From Candidatus Tayloriibacteriota bacterium (lineage in GTDB: Bacteria > Patescibacteriota > Minisyncoccia > Phycocordibacterales > PALSA-1337): a stretch of DNA of 36,831 nt. Where the stretch lies: the NCBI GenBank assembly GCA_025353045.1, contig JANXRK010000065.1, positions 1 through 36,831 on the forward strand, in the 5' to 3' direction. Position numbers and translations under genes: made by a program. Below, piece by piece: positions 1 to 8,660 of the stretch. Each line of letters opens with the position of its first letter. The stretch's first letter is position 1. The notes beneath the pieces are model-generated. The model ran no database searches, was not told the DNA's origin, and worked only from the letters and a program-made list of their open reading frames with translations.

Positions 1-434
1 TTTTCTTTTGGTACAAAAACTTCTTTAAATCCATGTAGCTTCGCTCCTTTGACTAAAGGCAGTACCCCATTTACTTTTCTAACATTCCCCTCGAGAGACA
101 ATTCGCCCAAAAAAATCTTTCTCTCTGGGTCAAAATCAATATCACCGCTTGCGCAGAGATATGCTAAAGCCATACCAAGATCAAACGAAGGTCCTTCCTT
201 CTTGATATCTGCTGGTGCAAGAGAGATTATAACTTTTTGATTTTTTTGTTTAGGTGAGACGTAGCCACTGTTCTTTATGGCTGCAGCAATACGATCTTTT
301 GATTCATCGATAGCCTTATCTCCTAAGCCTACAATAGAAAAAGCATGAAGACCGTTCGAAAGATCGACTTCTATATCTATGATGTGACTATTTAGTCCGG
401 ACAGTTGTGCACTGTATACTTTTGATATACTCAT
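1..434 (-). CDS. comM: YifB/ComM Mg-chelatase-like ATPase, N-terminal part (gene continues beyond the window start)
   Basis: It is absent from the ORF track because it is open at the window edge. Hand translation from CAT at 432-434 gives MSISKVYSAQLSGLNSHIIDIEVDLSNGLHAFSIVGLGDKAIDESKDRIAAAIKNSGYVSPKQKNQKVIISLAPADIKKEGPSFDLGMALAYL... This matches the typical YifB/ComM N-terminal domain pattern (VGLxDxAxxESxxRI ... LAPADxxKEGxxFDL). Confidence 0.8.
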   Translation of the reverse strand, partial: MSISKVYSAQLSGLNSHIIDIEVDLSNGLHAFSIVGLGDKAIDESKDRIAAAIKNSGYVSPKQKNQKVIISLAPADIKKEGPSFDLGMALAYLCASGDIDFDPERKIFLGELSLEGNVRKVNGVLPLVKGAKLHGFKEVFVPKE

Positions 435-514
435 GTGCAAACTCTACACTATTTAGATGAAATCCTAATAAAATTCTGATAAAAAAGGGATAAAATTCAA
501 CAATAGAACACGGA

Positions 515-883
515 TTATTTAGTTTGCATATGCTTCAAACAAGTTCTTGCTGAAGGATTGGCTTCAAGTCTTTCCTTTTCAATTTCTTCTCCTGAGATTT
601 CACAGATTCCGTATGTACCATTTTCTATTCTTTCAAGAGCTGATTTTACATCATTAAACTGAGGTTCTAATTTATTTAGAATTACTTTATTTTCTTCAAG
701 TTCTTCAAACTTGTCAGCTACTTCATTATCATCAGCACTATCAGTGTCGATTTCTCCAGGAGTTGCAGACCAGTCTTCGGGGTGTTCTGGGTTTGATTGG
801 CCAACAGTTTTAAGTTCTTCTTCCAAGATTGTTTTCTCTTTCAGTAATTTATCCTTGAAATGCTGTATATCTTTCTTGTGCAT
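515..883 (-). CDS. DksA/TraR-family protein with a Cys-depleted zinc-finger region
   Basis: The 122-aa ORF has a coiled-coil N-terminal half. The C-terminal GTYGICEISGEEIEKERLEANPSARTCLKH matches the DksA/TraR CxxC...RLxAxPxAxxCxxC layout, but only one Cys of each pair is kept. Confidence 0.6.
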   Translation of the reverse strand: MHKKDIQHFKDKLLKEKTILEEELKTVGQSNPEHPEDWSATPGEIDTDSADDNEVADKFEELEENKVILNKLEPQFNDVKSALERIENGTYGICEISGEEIEKERLEANPSARTCLKHMQTK

Positions 884-892
884 GTATGCATT

Positions 893-2341
893 CTAGCGCA
901 TATATGTCTGTTTTTCAATACGATCTAAAAGTTCAGGTATGACGTCTTCGGAGGTAGTTATGATCAGCGTGTTTTTATCTATAAAACTATAAAGAAATAA
1001 AATATTACCACTTTGATCCAAAAACTCTCGAATATCTCTATTCGCAATAACTTTATCTTTGAAAGTTCCTTTGAAGTTATAAAGTGAAGTGATCGAAGAT
1101 GTTGCTTGTTGTCTAAAGCTTAAGAGATCTGCCAAATCTTCTGGCATAGAGGGCTCCCATTTAAGCATTCCTGCATACGAATTCTGGAAAAAGTCGGTTG
1201 TGAGTATTATAAAAGGAAGATTGGTTGAAACTTCGCGACCATTTGATGAATATACTCCTAACATCCATTGATCAATCAAAGATCTCTTGAGGGTGTCGGT
1301 AATATCAAAATTCATTGCAGCAATAAACTCTGATCCAGTCAATTTATTTTTAGACCCATCAGATGTAAATTCTGGAACAATCTCAATTATTTTTCCTGCA
1401 GAAACTTTTTGTGTATTGAATTGATTTACAATAAAGGACGTTAATTGTTCTTTTTTTAATGAGGGTATGCTAACAATATTCTGGGAATCGGGCTTGATGA
1501 TGCTTGGAACTATTGGTTTTGTTGCTACAACAGGAACCACGGCCAGAGGACTCTTGAGATATAGATAATATCCACCACCAATACCCCCAGCGATAAATAA
1601 AATACTTATGAACACAACCAAAAGCTTTCTGCCAAATTGTGATGGAGGTTTATCCTCTTCAACATCCTCACCGTTTGCTGCTCTTTCCATTTTTCTACGA
1701 TTTTCTGCGATAACTATGCTCAAAACGGAAGATTGCTTGTTGGCCATAGCACCTGCTATATCACCCTCATATGTTCGAAGTTTCGGTTGGGCTGGCTGGA
1801 GTCTTTCAGGCAACTTTACCTCAGGCACTGCTTCTCTCACAATTGGTTGTGGAGGGCGAGGTATTACTTGTGGTTTTTTTTCTAAATTTTTAAAATCTTT
1901 AGTATCCGAGGTTTCATTGAATGTGTATTCAGGATTTTCATTATCTTCATCGCCAGGGCCAGCAACTGTAGGTATTTTTTGTTTGTCTACTTTGGGTAGA
2001 GGAGCTTTTTCAGGTATTTTTTGTTCTATTTGCTGTGTTTCAATGATGAGTGGATTTAATTTTGGTTTTTGGGGCTGATTTTCAGTCTTTGCACTACCAA
2101 AAAAACTCATGAATTTCTTTGGAACTTGTGATTTATCTAAATGAGAAAGAGCTTTACCCAGATCATTTTCATATGTTCGAAGGGATTCTTGAGGAATATC
2201 AAGCTTCTTTTTAAGTTCAGGGTCAATCTGATTGTGGAGTACGTGGAGGGGATGTTCTTCTGTTGTCGGAATTGCATTCCCCGCAATGAGTTTCAGGGGT
2301 TGATTGGGTTGTGAGCTTTTGTTTTGATCTTCGTTCATCAA
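893..2341 (-). CDS. hypothetical single-pass membrane protein with a low-complexity Pro/Lys/Glu/Gln-rich N-terminal half
   Basis: The 482-aa ORF has one clear TM helix (LLVVFISILFIAGGIGGGYYLYL). It ends 9 nt upstream of the DksA-like gene on the same strand. No family was recognised. Confidence 0.5.
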   Translation of the reverse strand: MMNEDQNKSSQPNQPLKLIAGNAIPTTEEHPLHVLHNQIDPELKKKLDIPQESLRTYENDLGKALSHLDKSQVPKKFMSFFGSAKTENQPQKPKLNPLIIETQQIEQKIPEKAPLPKVDKQKIPTVAGPGDEDNENPEYTFNETSDTKDFKNLEKKPQVIPRPPQPIVREAVPEVKLPERLQPAQPKLRTYEGDIAGAMANKQSSVLSIVIAENRRKMERAANGEDVEEDKPPSQFGRKLLVVFISILFIAGGIGGGYYLYLKSPLAVVPVVATKPIVPSIIKPDSQNIVSIPSLKKEQLTSFIVNQFNTQKVSAGKIIEIVPEFTSDGSKNKLTGSEFIAAMNFDITDTLKRSLIDQWMLGVYSSNGREVSTNLPFIILTTDFFQNSYAGMLKWEPSMPEDLADLLSFRQQATSSITSLYNFKGTFKDKVIANRDIREFLDQSGNILFLYSFIDKNTLIITTSEDVIPELLDRIEKQTYMR

Positions 2342-2380
2342 AATAATTATAGCACGCGATAGTAGATTTTTTTAAAACTT

Positions 2381-2995
2381 TTACTCTTGTCCTGAAAGAT
2401 CAGCGATATCATCTGCGACTGTTCCAACGGTTGCATCTTTGGGTCCACGTCGTTTGTTATTGAAATTTGCTCTCATCATTCCCTTTCGAGATCCAATGAG
2501 ATATTTCTGTACATTTTCATCAAGATCAAAGAAATCGTCTACAACCTCTCGAAGTTTTGATGACGTTGATTTTCCAAATGAAACTACTTCTACCTGACAT
2601 CCTTCATTGACCTGCAAATATTCTACAAGTGGAACAAAATCTCCATCTCCTGTAAGAAGGATGACGGCATCGAGCTTCGGAGCGAGCTTCACGGCATCAA
2701 TTGCCATACCGACGTCCCAATCGGCCTTCTTCGCTCCACTACCGAAGATTTGAAGATCTTTTGTCTTTGTTTCGATTCCCATCTTTGTAAGAGCTTCGAA
2801 AAAGGCCTTTTCATCTCCCGCTTCTGTTGTGATAACGTACGCTACTGCTCGAATGAGTGATCTCTCCCCTACAGCATCTCGCACAATGTTCCCGAAATTT
2901 ACTTTTGAATGATAGAGATTCTTTGCGCTATGATAAATATTTTGTGTATCGATGAAAACACCAACACGCTGTTCCTTATGTTTGATAACTGACAT
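2381..2995 (-). CDS. NYN-domain (LabA/DUF88-like) protein, putative RNase
   Basis: RVGVFIDTQNIYHSAKNLY ... ADWDVGMAIDAV ... AVILLTGDGDFVPLVEYLQ ... VEVVSF is the LabA-like NYN acidic-residue layout. Confidence 0.7.
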   Translation of the reverse strand: MSVIKHKEQRVGVFIDTQNIYHSAKNLYHSKVNFGNIVRDAVGERSLIRAVAYVITTEAGDEKAFFEALTKMGIETKTKDLQIFGSGAKKADWDVGMAIDAVKLAPKLDAVILLTGDGDFVPLVEYLQVNEGCQVEVVSFGKSTSSKLREVVDDFFDLDENVQKYLIGSRKGMMRANFNNKRRGPKDATVGTVADDIADLSGQE

Positions 2996-3096
2996 ATAAA
3001 AAATTACTAACTAAATTATTAAAACTATTAAACAAAACCAACAAACTTACATATTAAAAACCTACAGAGATTATACCATCAAAAGATAAAGCAAGC

Positions 3097-3366
3097 TTAT
3101 TTAGCCTTGATTTCGAGCTTCTTTGCAATAGATGCGTGTCGCTTTGGATGCTTCTTCTTCAAATAGTTCATATGAGACTGTCGATCAGCCACCATAGCAA
3201 GCAAACCCCGTCGTGAGTGATTATCTTTCCTATGCTTCTTCAAGTGAGTAGCCAATTCGTCTATTCTCTTTGTAAGTATTGAGATCTGAACCTCTGGAGA
3301 ACCAGTGTCCTTGTCGTGAATTGCGACTGTTTTGATGATATTTGACTTCTGTCGTGTTGTTAACAT
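3097..3366 (-). CDS. rpsO: 30S ribosomal protein S15
   Basis: The 89-aa ORF contains DTGSPEVQISILTKRIDELATHLKKHRKDNHSRRGLLAMV, which matches the S15 consensus. Confidence 0.95.
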   Translation of the reverse strand: MLTTRQKSNIIKTVAIHDKDTGSPEVQISILTKRIDELATHLKKHRKDNHSRRGLLAMVADRQSHMNYLKKKHPKRHASIAKKLEIKAK

Positions 3367-3443
3367 GATGGCACTACAATAGCACGAATGGCTTTAAAAC
3401 ACAAGCGATATATAGGGTTTTAATAAGATGATATACTGAAGAC

Positions 3444-4376
3444 ATGTCGCACAATCTTTTAACTCTCAAGACCGAATTCCTTCAATATGTGGAAATAGAA
3501 AAAGGCCGAAGTCTAAATACTGTAAGAAATTACGATCAGTATCTCACTCGTTTTTTAAACTATACAAAGCTCAAAGATCCAAAGGCTATCACTGACAATG
3601 TTGTCCGAGACTTCCGTATTTGGCTCAATCGACAAGAAACTAAGAGTGAAAAAGGAAAAGCAAACACTACGCTCAAGAAGCGAACCCAAAACTACTACCT
3701 CATTGCTTTACGTGCTTTTCTTAAGTATCTAGCTCGACAGAACATCACTTCCCTATCTCCTGACCGTATTGAGCTGGCTAAAACACCTGAAAGATCTTTG
3801 GATCTTATAACTATTGATGAACTCGAGACTATTCTAAAAGCCCCAGACACTTCTACTCTTAGAGGACTACGAGATAAGGCGATGTTCGAGATGTTTTTCT
3901 CAACTGGCCTTCGAGTTTCTGAACTTTGTGCTCTACCGAGGGATATAAATCTAAAACTGGATGAAATGTCAGTGCGAGGAAAAGGAGAAAAGGTCAGGGT
4001 GGTATTTATTTCTGATAATGCACGAGAAGCAGTGAAAAAATGGCTAGATAAGAGAGATGATATGGACGATGCACTCTTTGTTCAAATAAAAGAAGGAGAA
4101 AAATTGGCTAAAAGCAAGGACTCTATGAGAATTAGCAGTCGTTCTGTAGAAAGAATCATCAAACAGTATGCAATTAACTCTGGAATATCAAAAAAGGTAA
4201 CACCACACGTTATTCGTCACAGTTTCGCGACAGATTTATTACGAAATGGAGCTGATCTACGCTCAGTGCAAATGCTTTTAGGACATGCAAATATTAATAC
4301 TACACAGATTTATACCCATGTGACAGATACGGAGCTAAAAAAGATACATAAGAAGTTTCATAGGAAGAGCGAATAA
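3444..4376 (+). CDS. tyrosine site-specific recombinase, XerC/XerD family
   Basis: It has an N-terminal SAM-like core-binding domain. The catalytic residues lie in GLRVSELCAL (Arg I), HVIRHSFATDLL (HxxR) and LLGHANINTTQIYTHV (His and the Tyr nucleophile). Confidence 0.85.
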   Translation: MSHNLLTLKTEFLQYVEIEKGRSLNTVRNYDQYLTRFLNYTKLKDPKAITDNVVRDFRIWLNRQETKSEKGKANTTLKKRTQNYYLIALRAFLKYLARQNITSLSPDRIELAKTPERSLDLITIDELETILKAPDTSTLRGLRDKAMFEMFFSTGLRVSELCALPRDINLKLDEMSVRGKGEKVRVVFISDNAREAVKKWLDKRDDMDDALFVQIKEGEKLAKSKDSMRISSRSVERIIKQYAINSGISKKVTPHVIRHSFATDLLRNGADLRSVQMLLGHANINTTQIYTHVTDTELKKIHKKFHRKSE

Positions 4377-4412
4377 GGTGAGTAAAAAGATATTTTCTGT
4401 TATGATGTCTTT

Positions 4413-5210
4413 ATGAAAATCCTCTGCTGGAATGTTAATGGTCTACGTGCAAATGTTAAAAAGGGCGGTTTTGAGTGGTTTTTACAGCAATCCCCTACGT
4501 TTTTCTGCCTCCAGGAGACCAAAGCCCATCCAGATCAGCTCGAAGAAGGAATTCGAAATCCTGTAGGCTATCATTCATACTTTGATCATTCTAAACTACG
4601 AAAGGGCTATAGTGGAGTAGCTATTTATGCTAAAGAGAAAGCCGATCGAGTGGATTATGGTTTTGGTAATATAAAATCAGAAGATTTAGACAAAGAGGGT
4701 CGATTCATTGCTCTTTTTTATGATAATAAGACACTTTTGGGTAAAAAATTCGTACTTATTACTACCTACTTCCCTAACGGAGGAGGCGGACCAGAGAGAT
4801 TGGATTTCAAGATGCGATTTTATGATGAATTTTTGAAATATATCAATACTCAGAGAAAAAATGGCTACGAAGTAATCTTCTGTGGAGACGTAAATACTGC
4901 GCATACAGAAATTGACCTTGCTCGACCAAAAGAAAATGAAGAGAATACAGGTTTCCTACCACAAGAGCGCGAATGGATTGATCAATTAATTTCTGCAAAC
5001 TATATTGATATTTTTAGACATTTAAATCCAAAAAAAGTTCGAGCCTATACGTATTGGGATATGAAAACATATGCAAGAGAAAGAAATGTTGGATGGAGAA
5101 TCGATTATTTTTTCATAAGCCCTGCCCTTCTCGAAAAAGTCGAAAAGACTAAGATTCACAACACTATTTTAGGATCTGATCATTGTCCGATAGAACTTGT
5201 TTTGAAATAA
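4413..5210 (+). CDS. xth: exodeoxyribonuclease III (AP endonuclease)
   Basis: CWNVNGLRA, LQETK, FCGDVNTAH, WRIDYFF and SDHCP are the EEP/ExoIII signature blocks. Confidence 0.9.
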   Translation: MKILCWNVNGLRANVKKGGFEWFLQQSPTFFCLQETKAHPDQLEEGIRNPVGYHSYFDHSKLRKGYSGVAIYAKEKADRVDYGFGNIKSEDLDKEGRFIALFYDNKTLLGKKFVLITTYFPNGGGGPERLDFKMRFYDEFLKYINTQRKNGYEVIFCGDVNTAHTEIDLARPKENEENTGFLPQEREWIDQLISANYIDIFRHLNPKKVRAYTYWDMKTYARERNVGWRIDYFFISPALLEKVEKTKIHNTILGSDHCPIELVLK

Positions 5211-5238
5211 TTTTAGTTTGTCTTTTATAAAAGACAAG

Positions 5239-5247
5239 TTATCCACA
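5239..5247 (+). promoter_or_regulatory. perfect DnaA-box 9-mer TTATCCACA
   Basis: It is an exact match to the consensus DnaA box. It is intergenic and lies 41 nt upstream of the extended -10 at 5286-5294. Confidence 0.4.
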
Positions 5248-5285
5248 TATTTTATATATTATGTCCTTTACATGTCTTTTATGCT

Positions 5286-5294
5286 TGTTATAAT
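5286..5294 (+). promoter_or_regulatory. extended -10 promoter element TGtTATAAT
   Basis: TGTTATAAT is read directly at 5286-5294, in the 498-nt gap between xth and cca. Confidence 0.4.
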
Positions 5295-5299
5295 GATCC

Positions 5300-5666
5300 C
5301 AGATTAGTTTTGACTTTAACCGAGGATTGTCAGAATTATGTTCTTTGAACAGTCGAATTGTCAGGGGTAGCATCACTAATTTTTTGAGTTCAATATCGAA
5401 GAGAAGTGACCCTTATTCAGCTTCAGCTGAGTATTGCAAGACTTACCAATCTTATTTATTTTTGGAGTACTTTGCAAAATTCCCTTTAGGTGGATTTGAG
5501 GTCAATTTCGCTGAGACGATGATCATACATCATTATCTCCTTCATCTATTTTGAACTCCGTTCTAGTTTCTTGTTTGGTTTCCGTTCCCAACAGCCACAG
5601 GTGTTTGTTCACTAATCTTTCAGAGTAAAAGAGATTAGCGCACAGGTACATGTGGCTGTTTTTTTA
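5300..5666 (+). ncRNA. candidate structured non-coding RNA of unknown class
   Basis: A promoter-like element at 5286-5294 is followed by about 365 nt with no convincing ORF. The only ORF is a TTG-started 75-aa one with an implausible sequence. The stretch ends in a roughly 70-nt imperfect hairpin plus a T-tract on the + strand. I found no tmRNA, RNase P or SRP signatures. Confidence 0.25.
5590..5666 (+). terminator. long imperfect hairpin plus T7 tract (intrinsic-terminator-like)
   Basis: AACAGCCACA (5590-5599) pairs with TGTGGCTGTT (5651-5660). An inner stem pairs CTAATCT (5612-5618) with AGATTAG (5632-5638). TTTTTTT follows. Confidence 0.55.
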
Positions 5667-5708
5667 CCTAATTCACGTTTCACGTGAAATAACTACTAAT
5701 TATGTTAC

Positions 5709-7187
5709 TTATGAAACGTGGTATTTCTTACGTATTTCCTCGATATTTTCATTCTCAGCTTCCTTTTTCCTATCTGCACCTTGTTTTCCGAGTGTTTCGA
5801 GCTGCTTTTCAGGCAAAGCAATCAATTCTTGTGCTTTTTTTTCGAGATAAGCTTCAGTATTTAGTTTAGGGTTATCAAGTACTTCTTCTAGTAAAACATT
5901 AAGAACAGAGCCAATCTTTGGTCCAGGAGTTACATGTGTAACGTCCATTATCCTTTTGCCATTTATCTTTAGCATAGCTACAGAGACTGGATCTCTCAGG
6001 GCTTCTTCAATCATTGCCTTATACTTTCTCAATCGATATGGATTCTCTTTAGGGCGTCCTGTGCCTATACGGTCACAAATACGTATATTCATAAGATCCC
6101 AAATGTTTTCATGACCAACGTTTGTAATCATTCTTCGTACAGCTGAAAGGGTAATTGTTTCTGTATCAGAGAAAAACATATGCCAACGAACCATTTTACT
6201 TACATTTTCGATAGCTTTCTGCGGAAACTTCAGTCTTTCAAGGATTTTCTTTGTTACACGTGAACCAACAACCTCATGTCCATAAAAGGTTATTTGCTTA
6301 GTTTCATGTGAAATTCTACTTGTCTCAGGCTTTGAAATATCATGAAGGAGGGCAGATAATCGTATTTCCAAAGGCCATTCCTTGTCGGCAGCATGTTGAA
6401 GAGTACGAAGAAGATGTTCCCATACGTCATAAGCGTGAGCTTGAGGCTGTTTAACGTTCTTTGCGCTGAGTAGTTCGGGAACAATGAACTGGAGTAAATT
6501 GAATTCATCTAATAGCTCAATGCCTAGCTTAGGGCTGTTAGACATAAGTATTCTTATAAATTCATCACGAACACGCTCAATAGAGATCTCTTTTAGGAGG
6601 TTAGAGTGGCTCAGTATAGCCTTTTTTGTATCAATGTTAATCGTGAAACCAAGCTCTGTTGCGAGCCGAACTGCTCGCATCATACGTAGAGCGTCCTCAG
6701 TAAAGCGGTCGTCAGCATTTCCCACAGCTTTTATAGTTTTGTCCTTAATGTCCTTTAATCCACCGTACAGATCAACAATGTCTTTTATTGCACCTTTTGA
6801 TAAAGACATGGCAATCGCGTTAATCGTGAAATCCCGCCGTTTTAAATCGTCTTCAATGGATTTACTAAATTTGACCTCATCTGGATGTCTATGGTCAGTA
6901 TAGGAGCTTTCAAGACGGTATGGCGTAACTTCTACAATCTTCAATGTCTCATTTTCAGTATTTTCATTTACAACTCCAACCGTTCCATATGAATTTTCAT
7001 AAAAAGTTTTAGGGAAGAGGGGAATAATTTCTTCGGGAGTAGCGTTTGTTGTTACGTCCCAATCTTTAGGAATTTTTCCTAAAAGTAAGTCGCGAGTGCA
7101 TCCACCCACAAGAAAAGCCTCAAAACCAGCTTCTTCTAGTTTCTCAACGATATCGATAATTTTTTTAGGGATAACACTACTTTTCAT
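5709..7187 (-). CDS. cca: CCA-adding tRNA nucleotidyltransferase / poly(A) polymerase family with an HD domain
   Basis: LVGGCTRDLLLG, DWDVTT and RRDFTINAIA form the class II NTase head. An HD-domain region (LLHDISKP) follows. This fits the finding that none of the four tRNA genes here encodes CCA. Confidence 0.85.
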   Translation of the reverse strand: MKSSVIPKKIIDIVEKLEEAGFEAFLVGGCTRDLLLGKIPKDWDVTTNATPEEIIPLFPKTFYENSYGTVGVVNENTENETLKIVEVTPYRLESSYTDHRHPDEVKFSKSIEDDLKRRDFTINAIAMSLSKGAIKDIVDLYGGLKDIKDKTIKAVGNADDRFTEDALRMMRAVRLATELGFTINIDTKKAILSHSNLLKEISIERVRDEFIRILMSNSPKLGIELLDEFNLLQFIVPELLSAKNVKQPQAHAYDVWEHLLRTLQHAADKEWPLEIRLSALLHDISKPETSRISHETKQITFYGHEVVGSRVTKKILERLKFPQKAIENVSKMVRWHMFFSDTETITLSAVRRMITNVGHENIWDLMNIRICDRIGTGRPKENPYRLRKYKAMIEEALRDPVSVAMLKINGKRIMDVTHVTPGPKIGSVLNVLLEEVLDNPKLNTEAYLEKKAQELIALPEKQLETLGKQGADRKKEAENENIEEIRKKYHVS

Positions 7188-7253
7188 GGCTCCATACTAG
7201 CACTTATCTTACAATTTTCCACTTATTGTATATATGATATAGTATCATATGAC

Positions 7254-7799
7254 ATGACATATAGTATACAAAACGTTAAAAAAGCTAGAGAAATGAGGAT
7301 TTCTGGTGGTACTCTGTCAGAAATTTCAAAGGAAATCAAAATTTCTAAGAGCACCCTCTCATATTGGCTTAAAGATATTATTTTAAATAAGGAACAACAG
7401 TCTGAGGTGGCTCATCGTATCAAAAATAAAATGAGTAGGGGAAGACTAAACTCTTCAATTATCCTTAGAGCCAAAAGGATGTTCAAGGAGAAGAAGATCT
7501 ATGAAGATGCAGAAAAAGAGTTTAAACACCTCAATGCAGATTCATTTTTTATGAATGGATTGGGACTCTATCTTATGTCCGGAACAAAGAAGGGTAGTTC
7601 ATTCCAGTTCTCAAGTTCAGACCCTCTTATTATTAGCTTTATGACCAAGTGGGCAAAAAAGTACTTAGGAGTAGATCAAGTGCTTATAAAAAAAAGAAAT
7701 TATGATGGATATCTGAGAATAGATATAAGTCGGGTAGATGTTTTAAGAAGGGTAATCGCTTGGCAAAAGCTTTTAATTAAGTATTATGGTAGTCTATAA
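7254..7799 (+). CDS. hypothetical protein with an N-terminal helix-turn-helix; the C-terminal half is faintly LAGLIDADG-like
   Basis: GGTLSEISKEIKISKSTLSYWLKD is HTH-like. FFMNGLGLYLMSGTKKGS resembles a degenerate LAGLIDADG block. It lies directly upstream of the tRNA cluster. Confidence 0.4.
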   Translation: MTYSIQNVKKAREMRISGGTLSEISKEIKISKSTLSYWLKDIILNKEQQSEVAHRIKNKMSRGRLNSSIILRAKRMFKEKKIYEDAEKEFKHLNADSFFMNGLGLYLMSGTKKGSSFQFSSSDPLIISFMTKWAKKYLGVDQVLIKKRNYDGYLRIDISRVDVLRRVIAWQKLLIKYYGSL

Positions 7800-7810
7800 G
7801 TGTTTGATAT

Positions 7811-7882
7811 GCACCCGTAGTGAAATGGATATCATGCCGGTCTTCGGAACCGTTGTTGTAGGTTCGAATCCTACCGGGTGCA
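7811..7882 (+). tRNA. tRNA-Arg (anticodon TCG)
   Basis: Hand-folded cloverleaf. The acceptor stem is GCACCCG/CGGGTGC with discriminator A. The T arm is GTAGG-TTCGAAT-CCTAC. The anticodon loop CTTCGGA gives anticodon TCG. No CCA is encoded. Confidence 0.9.
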
Positions 7883-7936
7883 CAAAATAAGTGAAATTGG
7901 TTTTTAAAAGATATTTGTATATAATGTGCAAATATT

Positions 7937-8007
7937 GCGGGCATGGTTTAGTGGTAGAACACGTCCTTGCCAAGGACGAGATTCGGGTTCGATTCCCGGT
8001 GCCCGCA
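7937..8007 (+). tRNA. tRNA-Gly (anticodon GCC)
   Basis: The acceptor stem is GCGGGCA/TGCCCGC. The anticodon stem is CGTCC/GGACG with loop TTGCCAA. The T loop is TTCGATT. No CCA is encoded. Confidence 0.9.
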
Positions 8008-8050
8008 CAGATAGATAGCAGACTTTTGTGAGAGACTAATTGTGTAAAAC

Positions 8051-8059
8051 TGTGGATAA
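8051..8059 (-). promoter_or_regulatory. perfect DnaA-box 9-mer (TGTGGATAA on +, TTATCCACA on -)
   Basis: Exact 9-mer, intergenic, between tRNA-Gly and yraN. It overlaps the -35 position relative to a TATAAG at about 8076. Confidence 0.4.
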
Positions 8060-8126
8060 CATTGGGGACAATGGGTATAAGACAATGAAAATATGGCTTA
8101 TATACGTGTCTTTGTCTTTTTAAACT

Positions 8127-8504
8127 ATGAAAACTAATAATCGTAAAACAGGAGATAAGGGTGAGGATATTGCATGTTTCTACCTAGAGAAACATGGGTA
8201 TTTTGTGCAGGAAAGAAATTATTTAAAGAAGTGGGGAGAAATAGACATTATAGCGGTCAAAGACGAAATTCTTCATTTTATTGAAGTAAAAAGTGTTATA
8301 GCTAGGGGAGATATGAAAGGCTATAGGCCAGAAGAGAATGTCCATGAGCTAAAACAGAGGAAACTTCGAAGAATTATCCAAACATATCTCAACCATCATA
8401 AGTATGGATTGGAATCAGAATTTAAGTTTAATGTTATAACTGTTACGATGAATAATGTCACAGGGAAGGCAGTTGTGAAGATATTTGAGAATATTATTCT
8501 CTAA
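8127..8504 (+). CDS. yraN: YraN-family (UPF0102) endonuclease-like protein
   Basis: GDKGEDIACFYLEKHGYFVQERNY ... GEIDIIAVKDEILHFIEVKS is the YraN PD-(D/E)xK pattern. Confidence 0.8.
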   Translation: MKTNNRKTGDKGEDIACFYLEKHGYFVQERNYLKKWGEIDIIAVKDEILHFIEVKSVIARGDMKGYRPEENVHELKQRKLRRIIQTYLNHHKYGLESEFKFNVITVTMNNVTGKAVVKIFENIIL

Positions 8505-8569
8505 TACAGGCCAATTTTTATGGATTTTCTTTGGATTTTCATGAGGCCTGTGCTAGTATAGTCAGATAT

Positions 8570-8642
8570 CGGAGCGTGGTGTAACGGCTAACATTCCTGT
8601 TTTGGGAACAGGCGACTCCGGGTTCGAATCCCGGCGCTCCGA
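8570..8642 (+). tRNA. tRNA-Pro (anticodon TGG)
   Basis: The acceptor stem is CGGAGCG/CGCTCCG. The anticodon stem is CCTGT/ACAGG with loop TTTGGGA. The T arm is CCGGG-TTCGAAT-CCCGG. No CCA is encoded. Confidence 0.9.
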
Positions 8643-8660
8643 CAATTTTGAAATATTGAT

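Noticed and set aside
49-240. 63-aa + strand ORF at the window start
   Set aside because: It lies antisense inside the clearly recognisable comM N-terminal coding region (1..434, minus strand). It has no family resemblance.
1608-2078. Other antisense ORFs in the track, for example 1608..2078, 6484..6903, 10258..10539, 11175..11561, 13532..14083, 15510..15821, 20262..20731, 27034..27444 and 34725..35156
   Set aside because: Each lies fully inside a longer opposite-strand or same-locus gene that has recognisable family motifs. Their compositions are typical of shadow frames.
3444-4376. Xer-like tyrosine recombinase as the integrase of a mobile element
   Set aside because: It is flanked by rpsO and xth (housekeeping) with normal composition. 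I saw no adjacent tRNA target and no flanking direct repeats, so it is more likely the chromosomal dimer-resolution Xer.
5327-5554. 75-aa TTG-initiated ORF in the xth-cca gap
   Set aside because: It has no ATG or SD, its sequence is odd and unlike known families, and the gap is better explained as non-coding. I kept it only as context for the ncRNA candidate.
5300-5666. Identification of the intergenic RNA candidate as RNase P RNA, tmRNA, SRP RNA or a riboswitch
   Set aside because: The conserved cores are absent: no GAGGAAAGTCC or ACAGAA..GGCTTA, no tRNA-like GGTTCGA..CCA 3' end, and no SRP domain IV motif. There is also no downstream + strand gene for a riboswitch to control.
5672-5689. 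Palindrome TTTCACGTGAAA, preceded by TTCACG, just downstream of the cca stop
   Set aside because: As a hairpin it has only a 6-bp stem, and no U-tract follows on either strand. It is a single occurrence, and there is not enough evidence to call it an operator or terminator.
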